A stretch of 56,650 bases of DNA, counting the filler, from Jimgerdemannia flammicorona (taxonomy: Eukaryota), in assembly GCA_003990765.1 (NCBI GenBank). It is 3 parts of 3 records of this genome, joined end to end, with 100 filler letters (N's around TTAATTAATTAA, not from the genome) between each part and the next. Parts side by side here need not be neighbours in the genome. Positions count along the whole stretch, not along the records: positions 18,922 to 37,737 come from RBNJ01002105.1; positions 37,838 to 56,650 come from RBNJ01002106.1; 1 more part is not named here. One strand, 5' to 3'. The notes under the pieces were generated by a model, which was given only the letters and a program-made list of their open reading frames with translations, had not been told where the DNA came from and did not search any database. A program made the position numbers and the translations under genes. This document shows positions 34,287 through 47,470 of the stretch, piece by piece. Position 1 is the stretch's first letter. Each line of letters begins with the position of its first letter.

Positions 34287-37200
34287 ATGAACAGTACAAC
34301 TAACATTTTCTCTTTGAATGTGAATGGGCTGAGGGGGTCTGGACAGCATAAGAACATTTTTACTTGGCTCAAGGGATTGGAGGCTGATCTCTTTTTACTA
34401 CAGAATGTGCGGTGTGAGGATGAGGATGATTGGGTAAAGTGGACTATGGAATGGGGCAGGGCTTCTGCTTGGTTTGGAAAAGTGGCGATTCTGGTGAGGA
34501 AGGGTAGAGGTGACTTGGAGGGAATCAGGAGCTGGGGTGACTGTTTGGTCTGGGGCGATTGGCAGTGGCCAGGGTGGAAGTCAGTGAGGGTTGGCTCTTG
34601 CTACTGCCCTGCAGTTAGGGGTGAGAGGATTGCTTGGATTGAGGAGCTGCTAGAGGAGGGTATTCTCTTGGCAGAAGGGGTCGATGTGATTGGGGGGGAC
34701 TTTAATATGGTTCAGAATCAGTGTCTGGACTGCACTGATGGTAGGAGGAGTGCAGGAGGGAGAAGTGGAGGCCTGGATGTATGGGAGGAGGTGGAGAGGT
34801 TGAGCTTCTTAGGAGATATGGGTAGAACATGATGGGGTGACTCCAGGGTCTATATGTATTGGGTGAATGGCTTGGGTACAAGGATTGACTGGATTCTGAT
34901 GGCAGAATGCTGGGGGTCTGATGTCTGGAAGGTATTGGAGGTGGAATGGTGCCCATGGTCTGATCACTGGGGACTGTTGGGACAGGGGCATCTGGACATT
35001 GGTACCTCAACTCCTCCCTACTAGCTGAGAAGGGGTTGTGGGATTCTTGGGTAGAGGACATTCAGGCAAAAGTTTCATGCTGGCAGTGTGAGGGATTGTC
35101 AGTGGATGTTCAGTGGATGAGATTGAAAGAGGCTGCAAGGGTCTATTGGGGAGAGGCTGGGAGTGAAGCTGGGAGAAGAAGGAGGAAGTACACAAGGTGT
35201 GCTTCCAGCAGGCTGAGGAGATTGCAAATGGATTGGGCTGGCTTGCTTACTTCTGATGGGGTGGAGGATTGGAGGTTGGCATGGATTAGATTGGAGGTAT
35301 TGGAACTGCAACAGGTGCTGAGAGAAGAGGAGGAGGTGCATATGCGAGGTATGGCTGCTAGGCTATGGTGGCAGGGGCTTGAGGAGGGAGAGCGGCCTAC
35401 TAGATATTTATCCTGTTTGCTCAATGCAAGGAGGGTGAGACATTGGTGAGATGGAGTCCTCGATGCCAATGGGGACATGGTGCATGGCACACAACAAATC
35501 CTAGGGGTTTTGAAAGAGAGATAGCAGGGTTTGTGGAGTGAGGATGAAGGGGGTGCTGATGAGTTGGCTATTGAAGAGGCATTAGGAGAATGGAGGCCAC
35601 CACAAGTGGCTGGACTGGATGACTTGGCCTTGCTGGTGCGAGATGAGGAAGTCCAGAGTGTCCTTGCAGCAACTAAGACTGGAACAGCACCAGGGGAGGA
35701 TGGACTACCATGGGACTTCTGGAAGAAGATAGTCAAGGTCTCTGGCATTCTGGGGGAGATGACTGCTCTCTGTGATCATGTTCTTCAGAGTGGTGAATGG
35801 GTTGGGGAGCAGGACCTTGGGCTAGTGACTTTATTATACAAGGACAAGGGGAGAAGAGAAGACTGGAAGAACTGGCAGCCGATTATGCTTTTGGACATAG
35901 ACAGGAAGATGGTAACTAAGGTGGTTGTTGCAAGGCTGCAGAAGGTTGCCCAACAGGTGCTGGGGGAGGAGCAGTGGGGCTTTGTTGGAGGAAGGCTTAT
36001 TAGAGATGGGACTGCTTGGGTGCATGGGGTCATTGAAGGGGCCTAGGCTTGTGGCCTGGATGGGAGGTTGGTCTTTTTGGATCAGGAGAAGGCCTATGAC
36101 TGGGTCTGGCGGGTTTGGCTGGGCAAGGTGTTGGGTCGTATTGGTGTTCCCCCTGGATTTCGGGCTTCTATGGTGAATCTGCTCACTTGAGGAGAGGGGC
36201 TCCTCAGGGGGACCCCTTGTCCCCTATTCTTTATGCTCTCTCATTGGAACCGTTAATGGATAGGATTTGCCAGAAGGTGGTGGGGCTCTCTATCTATGGC
36301 ATAGTATGGAAGGTGGGGGCCTTTGCAGATGATATGGTGGTTGGCCTTGGGTCAGTGGTAGATGTCAAGGCACTCCAGGAGATAGTAGAATGGTATGAGG
36401 TTCACTCTGGGGCGAAGCTCAACTGGCATAAGTGTGAGACCATGGTGCTAGGGAATGGACTGGTGGGAGGGGACATCATTGGAACAATTGTCCCTACTGG
36501 TGAGGTGGTACGTTATCTGGGCATCTTTCTCTCTGTATATAGTTCTGTCTTGCCATGAGTGTAGTGGGAGAGCAGGGTGGCTATTTGGGGAGAGGCCCTT
36601 CGAGGTTGGGGAGGCCACCATATCTCTCTAGCAGGGCGGGTTTCAATTCTGAATATATACTGGTTTCCCAAGCTGTGGTATGTGACATATCACCTAGACT
36701 TCCCAGCTTGGGTGGTGAAGAGGCTGATGAAGGTGGCTAGAGATTGGATTTGGGCAGGGAGGAGGTCCCAGATCAGTTGGGATGCTCTTGCGATGCTGGT
36801 GGACAGGGGAGGTCTTGGCCTTGTGGATTTCCCTAAGAGGTTGCACTGCTTGTGAGCCTGGTGGCTGAAGAGAGCAGCTGAACTGCAGGGAGGGGGTTGG
36901 GTACTTCTGATGCAGAAGGTGTGGGAGATGAGAACCTCCCCCCGAGGGTCCTCAGGAGATCTACTCTCTTTGGTAGGGCTCAATGGAATTTGGCAGCTGC
37001 GGTTTAAGGGCTTTTGGTGGGGAGTGGTCGATGGAGCACACCGAATTGGTCTGCGCTGACAAGGCAATGAGGGGGAGGTAGTGTGGGGTCCTCATATGTG
37101 GCAATGGGATAGACTGCTTCTGGGGGGTGCTCCACTTGTTACTTTTGATATTGAGGATGGAGTGGAGTGTTAGTGGGGTCTTGGCCAAGACCTTTGGCCA

Positions 37201-37737
37201 AGCAGTTGACAGGTAGTCAGGATTGGTGAGGAGTGGGACTGGGCTGGTATCTGGTCTTGGAGAACTGAGGTGTGGTGGTGGCTTCCCCCCAAGTTCTGGG
37301 TGGTGTGGTGATGAATGCTGTAGAGGAATGTCATGCTGAATTTCCACACCAAGCATCTGGATGGTGGCAGTTTGATTGTAAGGAGTGTTACAATGTAGAG
37401 CAAGTTGGGGGTTTGGTGCAGATGCCGGAACATTGGCTGGGGGAGTGTGAGGTTTTGGGGGACTTTTGGGTTGTAATAGGGAATAGCCTGGGTGTGGAGT
37501 GCAGGCCAGCGGGTGAAGGGGATCACTGGGAGGACTTGAGATCTTGGCTGGTGGGGGGGGTGGGTGATAGTTGGCTCACTGTCAGGTGGGTGTTAGCAGT
37601 TTGGGTGGGTCTGGTGGGACATTGGCTATTTGTGTTTGAGGAGGGGCAGCAGATGAGCCTGCAGGAGAAGGTTGTAAGGTGGGAGGAGCTGTTGGGGGAT
37701 CTGTTGACTGGATGGTGGATAGGTTGGGGTCCCTCAG
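34287..37737 (+). pseudogene. LINE ORF2 (APE endonuclease + reverse transcriptase)
   Basis: SLNVNGLR, GGDFN, RIDWIL, SDH; APGEDGLP, NWQPIMLL, LDQEKAYD, QGDPLSP, AFADD, RYLGI; CKEC...PEHWLGEC. Confidence 0.95.
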
Positions 37738-37837
37738 NNNNNNNNNNNNNNNNNNNNNNNNNNNNNNNNNNNNNNNNNNNNTTAATTAATTAANNNNNNN
37801 NNNNNNNNNNNNNNNNNNNNNNNNNNNNNNNNNNNNN
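37738..37837. other. Artificial contig-joining spacer
   Basis: 44 N + TTAATTAATTAA + 44 N, identical to 18822-18921. Confidence 0.98.
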
Positions 37838-38848
37838 ATAGTTACTTGGACTTATCCTTTATTATACCCATCTATCCTATAAAATACAATAAACCCACCC
37901 CCTATTCAATCCCCCTAGGGGGGCCCCTCCCCCCTACCCCTTCTTGATGAAACACCACTCTATCAAATATAATTCCAACCCTCCCACCACTCTGTTTGCA
38001 TATCCTTGTCACCAAACCACACTGCCACCCCCCTGAGAGACTCCAACCTATCTACCATCTAGTCAACAGATCCCCCAACAGCTCCTCTCACCTTACAACC
38101 TTCTCCTGCAGGCTTATCTGCCATTCCTCCTTAAACACAAATAGCCAATGTTCCACCAGCCCCACTCAAACTGCTAACACCTACCCAACAGTGAGCCAAC
38201 TATCACCCACCCCCCCCACCAGCCGAGATCTCAAGTCCTCCCAGTGATCTCCATCACCCGCTGACCTGCACTCTACCCCTAGTCTATTCCCTATCTCAAC
38301 CCAAAAGTCCCCCAAAACCTCACACTTCTCCAGCCAATGTTCCGGTATCTGCACCAAACCCCCAACTTGCCCTACATTGTAACACTCCTCACAATCAAAA
38401 CAACCACCATCCACCAGATGCTCGGTGTGAAAATTCAGCATGACATTCCTCCACAGCATTCGCCACCACACCACTCAGAACTTGGGGGAAAGCCACCACC
38501 ATACCTCAGCACTCCAAGACCAGATACCAGCCCAGTCCCACTCCTCGCTGATCCTGACTACCTGCCAACCACTCAGCCAAAGGTCTTGGCCAAAACTCTG
38601 CTGACACTCTACTCCATCCCCAATATCAAAAGTAATAAGTGGAGTATCCCCCAAAAGCAGTCTATCCTATCGCTATATACAAGGACCCCACAACTCCTCC
38701 CCCTCATTGCCTTGCTAGCGCAGACCAATTCAGTGAGCTCCATCAACCACTCCCCACCAAAAGCCCTTAAATTGCAGCCACTGAATTCCATGAAGCCCTA
38801 CCAGAGAGAGTAGATCTCCTGAGGACCCTCGGAGGGAGGTTCTCATCT
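37838..38848 (-). mobile_element. 5'-truncated LINE 3' fragment
   Basis: Closely similar to 36925-37737 on the opposite strand and includes the 3' UTR ending AATAAAGGATAAGTCCAAGTAACTAT. Confidence 0.93.
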
Positions 38849-41800
38849 CTCTATATAAATATTTCTATAAGTTATAATAAAGAGAAAGTAATTAAATCTG
38901 AAAAATTCTAGTAAATCTAAAGTAGCTTGAAGAGATACTTGTAGATTTAAGTGGTGCTCAGAATGAACCAAATTGATTTAATTTAAATTATATAAATTAA
39001 GATCCAATTCAATTCAATTTAATTCAAATCTAAAATTTTTAAATTTTAGCTTAAGTTTAGTAACTAAAAAGTAATTATATATTTTCTATAATAGCTATTT
39101 TTCAGATAACATCACTGTTACTAATTTTGAATTAAATCTTACTATTATATCCACTATTATGTTCAAAGTTTATACATATAATAGTTCTAGTTTCTTTAAG
39201 AGAAAATAGCTAAGATTAGTAATTCTGATAAATCTAAAGTAACTCAAAGAGATACTTATAAATTTAAGTATTCTTAAAGAAATTCTAAGAGAAAAATATT
39301 CTGAGCTTTATTCAAGCAGAGAATAAGGATATTTATACAGAATCTGAAAGAAAGATCTGGAAGAATCTTAGAAAAGAAGAGAAAAGCTAAGAAATAGGTT
39401 CTTAGCAAAGATGACTAATATGTAGAATTCTATAATATTTCAAAAAAAATCTATAACTAGCTAAGATAAGATACTTGGTACTGAGAAAAGACAAGAATGT
39501 TCTAGTGATGTCTTGATATTAAGAGAAGATTTCTAGACATCCAGAAGGTGCTGAAATATGATAGAATATATATAAAAAAAATAAGAAAATTTTAGCAAAA
39601 AGATACAAAAAAGTACTAAGACTAAAATATAACTATGAAATTATTACATTTCTCTCTCCTTAAAAACTAACATTCTCATTGAGTTCTTAAGTAATACAAG
39701 ACTAAATATAATTAACCAAAATTTCTCAAACTTATATTAATGTATTAGTAAGAACTAGTTATCCTTATAGTACAGAGGGTTTATTATCAGACTAATTAAC
39801 TAGGAGAAGTTCTAATCTAGCTAGTAGCTTTATTTTGATAGACTTCTTATTCACTAGATATTCTGCTAATTCTGGGTTTCTAAAGTAAAATTTTAATATA
39901 TAAGGTACTAATTATTATTATAAATCATTAATAATTTAAGAAAGTTACTATAGAGATTGAGTAATATATTTTATCTCAAAGTCTTGAACTAGGTCTTGAG
40001 AGTTCTTAAGATTGATCAGTAGTTTCCAGATAGTATTATATTCAGAGTAGTCCATCTACTTGACTAGATATTCAAAATAATGATAGTAGATTTACTTATT
40101 AAGAATTTTCTTGACTTTATACTCAATATAGTCTTTAATAATTATAAGGACAGATGGCTTGGAAATTTGACTGAAGTAGGGTGGTGACTGGTTCCAGATC
40201 TTAAGATATAATATATAAAAGACTATATATACTTTTATAGTTTCAGATAGTTTAAGATAGTAGGAGAATATAAAGACTTATTTAGTAATCTTAAAGGGTC
40301 TAATATACTTTGGTTAAAATTTGTTTAATAGGTAGTTAACTTGAGATTATATCTTGAGATTCTCAGTAGATAGTAGAACTTGATCTCTAATAGTATAGAT
40401 AATATTATAATGTTTCTTGTTAATATATTTGGCTTAATACTATTGGGCCTTCTAAAGATTTATAGTAGTAATCTTAAGTAGCTTATCTATTTTATCTGTG
40501 AGGTTCTTAGTAGTAGAGACTTATATTTAACTACTTTTCTTAAAAAAGAACTAAACTTATAGAGATCTCAGGATCTTGATCATGGAGTAGTCAAAAAGAG
40601 AAAGACTTATAGATTATTAGATAGTATATATTATTGTATATATATAAACTTTATATAAGTTAAGTAATAGTCTCAATTATCTTACTTATAAGAAATATAA
40701 TTTCTGAGCATTTGTTCTGGAGTTCTGTTCATATACTAGTTTGTCTATTATTTTGTAGGTAAAAAGTGGTAAATATAGCCAATTAGATTCCCAGGGTCTT
40801 GAAAAGAGTTTATCAAAAGTGATTAGTAAACTTGAGATTATGATTACTGATAATTATTTATAATAGACTATAGTGATAAAAGATAGACTTGAAGAAGATT
40901 CTTATAATCTTAAGTACAGTAGCATTAGTAGTAGTTAGTTCAGCAATCATAGTCTTGATCAGATAGTTAATAAATACAATGATAGCATCAATACTAGATT
41001 GGGTTTATGGTAGTTGAGTTATAAAGTTCATTATAACTTATTTAAATTTTTTAGTTAGAATTAATAGTTATAATAAATCAGTTAGTACTTGATTAGTAGA
41101 CTTATTATACTGATAGAGATTATAGCTAATAATATAGTTTTTGATTTTCTTGACCATACTTGATCAATAGTAGTAATACTAGATATTTTTGACTATTTTC
41201 TCAATTTCAAGATAATCTGTGAGAGGGAAGTCATAGTGTTCTTATAGGATCTTATAGTATAGATTTATATTATTAGATAGATAGACTTGATCTTGATGGT
41301 AGATCAGATTGTCCTTAATAGAATATATATCCTTGAGCTCATTTGAGAAAACTTTAGTAGCAATAGTATCTTTTTAGTAAGCTTACTTGATTTGGTCTAG
41401 AAATTCAGATGCCAAGGTAACTTATATATATATATAATTGTATGAGATCTAGATATCTAGATAAGATATCTGATACTATAAGTATCTTGCCAGACTTGTA
41501 GTTAATTATCAGATTAAAGATTTAGAGCTTTAGGCTCTACTTGACTTATAGATATAACAGAATAAGTTGGATATTGATATACTTAAGAGATTAATGATCA
41601 GTAATGATATCAAACTTAATATCTTCTAGATAGTATTATCAGTGGTCTAGTATATATATTATTATTAGTAGCTCTTTCTCATAGGTGGCTAGCTTTTATT
41701 CAACTAGAGCTAACTTATATGACTTAAAGGTAATAGGGCAATGTCCTTTACCATTATTTTATGATAGAACTGCTCTAATAGCAAAATTTGATATATTAGT

Positions 41801-42580
41801 AGTAATAGTGAATTTTAGACTTAGATCTATATTATATAGGACTAGAGTATAGATTAGGTAGTTCTTGAGTTCTTGGAAGACTTATTGATAAAAGAGATCT
41901 CAGATATAGGGTATATAGTGATTAGAGTGAGATGCCTACCTTATGAGATTAGTCAGTGACTTAGCAATACTAAAGAAGTTTCTGATAAAGTAACAATAAT
42001 AGTCAGCTAGATTAAAAAAGAACTGAAGTTCTGTAAGATTCAATAGAATAGAATATTCTTAAATTATCTCTATCTTATATAAGTCTATTTAAATTTCTTA
42101 TATAGAGATAATGTGGCTAAGATATTCAACTTATTTTTTGAAAAATTCATATTTTTTAAGCTTTGTATAAAGCTTATATTTTTACAAGATCTTCAGAACT
42201 ACTCAGATATACTTGAGATATTCTTCTTTAGTTATATTAAAGATCAGAATATTATCAAGATATATTAATAAGAAGATAAATAGTCAGTTCTTGAATATTT
42301 TATTCATAAGAGTCTAGAATATAATAGATATATTAGTAAGATTAAATGTTAGGACTAGAAATTTATAGAGTCTAAAGGGGGTTATAAATATAGTCTTGGA
42401 GATATCTTCTAGCTTGATTTGAATTTGGTGGTATCCTGATATAAGGTTTAACTTAGTAAAGTACTTGATATTCTTAAGAGTATTAAAAATTTGATCAATC
42501 AAAGGTAGTAGATATTGATTCTTGACTATAAGTTTATTGAGTATAGTAGTCTATATATATTTATAGAACAGCTTTGTGTA

Positions 42581-43778
42581 CTCCTTTCTCTACTATCTTA
42601 TCAGTCACAATAGTTTAATAGGTAATCTTCTAAGTTTACTTCCACAACTAATACTCTCTCTACCTTGGATTGGTTTTCTGTACCTATTGTAGGACAGTGG
42701 AAAAGAGGCAATAGTGATGAGTTGCCTCTTTATCAGTATCAGATTAGTGTCTTTTTCACTTTTTCACAGTTTCTAGTGCCTTTGGCTGCATCTGGGGTAT
42801 ACTCATTTTAGTATAGTACCTTCTTCCTTTTGCTGTCACCAACAAGATATTGTCTTAGTATATTATAAGTTATATAGGGAGTTGGCTGATCTTGGGTATC
42901 AAGTGCCTAATATAGGTTATCTATAGATTCTTGATATCTGTGATGGGGTCCTCTGACTTTGGCAAGCTTTTTGATGAGCATAGTTCTGACATAAGTGACT
43001 GTTTCTTGAGTGATATCAAGATAAAAGAGAAGATGGCTATTACAGATAGATGGAAGAGCAATAACAGTAAACCAGTAGGATACCAGGCTGGGAGTAGTTA
43101 TTGGGCTGGGGTGGGTACTGCTTTGGTGGGGACTTTTGATTAGTATAGGGTAGTTAGATAGTAGGTATCACTCTCAGCTTCTTTTGACAATTCATAGAGT
43201 TGGGTCTCAGTCATTAAGAGGGGCTGGAGGGCCCAAGACTACCTATATCAGATATCTTGGCTGCACTTAACTAGAACTGAGAGCTGACATGGTAATATAA
43301 TTGAGGCTTACAGACTTGAGTAGTAGGATATTAGGGATCTCCTCTCATCTCATGTGTAAGTTCTCTACTTATCTTACTTGAGAGAACCAGGTCCTATCTA
43401 TCATTTTGTACTTTGAGGAGGGTTTTTTCTTTATATATCATTTCTACTTGAGGTAGCAGAGGCTATTCTATTCAGCTTAGACATAGTTTTGTATATATAT
43501 TGGAGTTTCAGATATATGCTTTTAGTTATTAGTATATGGCTGAGTTCTCTCTGATAGTAGGGAGAGTATAGTGTACAGAATGAGGTACAGGCCACTATAG
43601 GCCCTACTATATCTGATATGGTCAAGCTACTGGATGATAGCTAGCTTAGGTTTAATGGGAGAACAGTACTCAGTGAGTAGTAAGAGAGAGTTTTGGCCTA
43701 TATAGTCTAGGTTCCCTTCCAATAAAAATCTGCAAGACTCTGAGTTTATAAAATAAAAATAAAAAATAAAAAATAAAA
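42581..43778 (+). mobile_element. ~1.2-kb non-coding retroposon, copy 3 (subtype II)
   Basis: Same 5' and 3' ends; A-rich tail; degenerate TSD ATA(T/C)ATTTATAGA; interrupts the RT of element E. Confidence 0.88.
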
Positions 43779-44120
43779 TACATTTATAGAGTACTATTCT
43801 TCTTTTTGATAAATAGGAATAGTGAGCTATAAGAGGATTTTCTTAATTGAATAGCTCCTTATATAAGTAGTTTTTCTAGTTCTTTCTTAATTACTTCAAT
43901 TTTAAGAGATAATATATAATATATATTTTTTGGATAGTATAGCTCCTAGAGTCAGTTCAATTTCATAATCAACTTCTTATATACATAGATAATAGACCAG
44001 ATAGCTTATCTAAGAAGATATCCTTAAATTCTTCAAGTAATAACTCGATACTTTTATTAATTAATAGCTTCTTGTCTTACTTCTTAGAGCAGACTATTGC
44101 AATAAAGGTATGCACTATAC

Positions 44121-45312
44121 CTCTTTCTCTGCTACCTTACTGGTCACAATGATTTGGTAGACAACCTTCCGAGTCTACTTTCTACAATTATTACCTCCTC
44201 TATCTTGAGTTGGTTTGCTGTACCTATTGCAGGGCAGTGGGAGAGAGGCAATGGTGATGAGTTGCCCCTTTATTAGTGTCAGATCAGTGTCTTCTCTACT
44301 TTTTCATAGTTTCTGATACCTTTGGCTGTATCTGAAGTATATCTATTTTGGTGTGGCACCTTCTTCCTTTTGCTATTGCCAATAAGGTACTGTCTTGGTG
44401 TGTCTTAGACTATATAGGGAGTTAGCTGACCTTGGGTATCAAGTGCTCAGTATAGGTTACCTATAGATCCTTAGTACCTATAGTGGGGCCCTCTGGCTTT
44501 AGTGAGCTTTCTGGCAAGTACAGTTCTGGTGTAGGTAACTGCTTTTCAGATATTGTCAGGATGGGAGGGGAGATGATCATCACAGATAGGAGGAAGGGTG
44601 ATTATGGTGAACTAGTAGAGTACTAGGCTGAGAGCAGTCATTGGGGCTGGGGCAGGTACTGCTTTGGTGGAGCCTTTTGATTGGTATGGAGCAGTTAGGT
44701 AATATGTATCACTCTTAGCTTCTTTTGGTGATTCAGCAGGTTAGGCCCTGGTCATTGGGGGGGGGGTTGGGGGGTCCAAGGCTATCCATTTCAGATATCT
44801 TGGCTGTATTCAACTAGAACTGAGAGCTGATACAGCAATATGATTGAGGCCCACAGGCTTGAGTAATGGGGTATTGGGGGTCTTCTCCCACCTCATATAT
44901 AAGTCTTTTACTCATCTCAACTGAGAGAACCAGACCCTACCCACTGTGATGTACTTTTATGAGAGTTTTTCTTTACCTGTCATTCTCTTTGAGGTAGCAG
45001 GGGCTACATATTCTATTCAGCTTGGGTATAGCCTTATATATATGTTGGGGTCTCAGGTATGCACTTTTGGTCATTGGCATATGGCTGGGTTCTCCCTGGT
45101 AGTAGGGAGAGCATAGTGTACAGAATGAGGTGTAGGCTAACATAGGCCCTGCTGCATCTGATATAGTTGAGCTGCTGGACAATAGCTAGTCTAGATTAAT
45201 GAGGGGGCAGTGCTTGATGGGTAGTGGGGGAGGGTTTTGGCCTATATAGTCTAGATTTTCTTTTAATAAAAAATCTGCAGGACATTGAGTCTATTAAAAA
45301 AAAAATAAAAAA
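44121..45312 (+). mobile_element. ~1.2-kb non-coding retroposon, copy 4 (subtype II)
   Basis: Exact 18-bp TSD AATAAAGGTATGCACTAT (44101-44118, 45313-45330); poly(A) tail. Confidence 0.93.
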
Positions 45313-45799
45313 AATAAAGGTATGCACTATCTTCTTGAGTACTTTCTTATATTATATTGCTAATAGTATTACTATCTGAGTTTTATTTACAGGCTTATCT
45401 GTCTTGATAGTGATATTAACTCCTTCTTGAAGTAGAGTAACTTTATTTTATTATCAATTAATATTCAGATTGTACTTTATAAGTCAGAGTTTTCCTAAGA
45501 TCAAATTATAATATCTTAGTGATATGATCTCAAAGTTTACTTATTCTCAATATTTCTAAATATTAATGGATAGTTTGGCTGCAATTAACTCAATAGAATA
45601 TAGTGTACCATCTATAATAACTATGCCATCATTCTTGGATACAGACTTGGTGAGAATCTTGAGGTTTTCAATGAGATTCTAGTTGATAAAGTTCTCTATA
45701 GCTCTGCTATCTATAAGTACTTGAACTTCTTTTTTCTTAACTAGATCTTTGAAAATAAGCATTTCTTAAGCTTAATTTTCAGTAAGACTTACTACTTGA

Positions 45800-46013
45800 T
45801 CAGTACTACCAAAATCTTTCTAATCTTACTTGGTTTCAGATAGTTCTTAGACTTCTATAATTTTAGATTGACTGACTTTTTCTAGGATCATTTGTGTGAC
45901 TTAATTTCTTTTCTTAACTGTATAGTCTTAATTCTTCTAATTAATAAGTAAGACTTGAACTTGTTCTTGATAGTCTGAATTAATAATATTAGTGCTAATA
46001 TCTAAATAATATT

Positions 46014-46086
<73 letters not shown>

Positions 46087-47470
46087 GACTCAAAGTTCTA
46101 TGGATTTTTATTAAAAGAGAACCTAGACTATATAGACCAAAACCCTCTCCCACTACCCATCAAGCACTGCTCCCCCATTAATCTAAGCTAGCTATTATCT
46201 AGTAGCTTGACTATACCAGATACAGTAGGGCTTATAGTGACCCATACTTCATTCTGCACACCATGCTCTTCCTACTACCAGAGAGAACTCAGCTATATGC
46301 TGGTAACTGAAAGTATATGCCTGAGACCCCAACATATGTACAAGGCTACACTCAAGCTAAATAGAATAGCCTCTACCACTCCAAAGAGAATAATAGGTAA
46401 AGAAAAACCCTCATTAAAGTATATCACAGTAGATAGAGCTTGGTTCTTCCAGTCAAGATGAGTAAAGGACTTATATGTGAGATGGGAGGAGAACTCCAAT
46501 ACCCCACTACTCAAGCCTGTAGGCCTCAATCACATTGCTGTATCAGCTCTCAGTTCTAGTTAAGTATAGCCAAGATGCCTGAAATGGGTAGCCTCAGGCC
46601 CTCTGATCCCCCCCAATGACCAGGGCTCAACTCACTGAATTGTCAAAAAAACTAAGAGTGATACCTACTACCTAACTGCTCAGTACCAATCAGAAGGCCC
46701 CATCAAAGCAGTACCTGCCCTAGTCTCAATAACTACTCCTAGTCTGGCACTCTACTAGTTCACCACAATCATTCTTTTTCCTATCTGTAATGGCCATCTC
46801 CCCTCTCATTCTGACAACACTCAAAAAACAGTCACTTATGTCAGAACTGTACTTACCAGGAAGCTCACTAAAGCCAGAAGGTTCTACCATAGGCACTGAG
46901 GACCTATAGGTAATCTATACTGGGCACTTAATGTCTAAGGTCAGCCAACTCTCTATATAACCCATAATGTACTGAGACAGTATCTTGTTGGTGATAGCAA
47001 AAGGAAGAAAGTATCACACCAAAATAGATGCACTCCAGATACAGCTGAAGGTACTAGAAACTACAAAAAAGTGGAAAAAACACTGATTGGATACCAATAA
47101 AGGGGCAACTCATCACCATTGCCTCTCTCTCACTGTTCTATAATAGGTATAGTAAACCAATCCAAGGTAGAGGGGGTAATAATTATAGAAAGTAGACTTG
47201 GAAGGTTGCCTACCAAACTATTGTAACCAGTAAGGTAGCAGAGAAAGAGATATATATATTAAATAATATTTGACACTAAGTTCTGATTATGGTACAATTC
47301 TAGCATAATATCTTTCAGAATATTAGACTATAATTTCAGTAAGTACCAGAGTTCAGCCTTTGGCTGAAATAGTAAGTAACTTGTTTGACAGAGTATAGGT
47401 TAAGACAAATGGCTTCTTTTATTGATATTGAGAGATCTGGGCCTTTGGATGAAGTTTCTTGATCTTAAGT
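45800..47470 (-). pseudogene. dUTPase of element E (between gag and protease), split by retroposon copy 5
   Basis: LKIKKLHPKAQI...EAICLNLYS...YARIVP*SELSVKYYL | DISTNIINSDYQEQVQVLLIN...VTQMIL...DFGSTD. Confidence 0.88.
46017..47259 (-). mobile_element. ~1.2-kb non-coding retroposon, copy 5 (subtype II)
   Basis: 66-nt poly(T); exact 14-bp TSD TAAATAATATTTGA (46003-46016, 47260-47273). Confidence 0.93.

Larger units (their letters stand above)
32146..37737 (+). mobile_element. Nearly full-length L1/Tx1-type LINE (3' end lost at the contig edge)
   Basis: 5' UTR, ORF1, and ORF2 with APE endonuclease, RT and C-terminal Cys/His motif. Confidence 0.95.

Noticed and set aside
36925..38848. Apparent large inverted repeat of LINE 3' ends
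   Set aside because: The two arms are on different contigs either side of an artificial spacer
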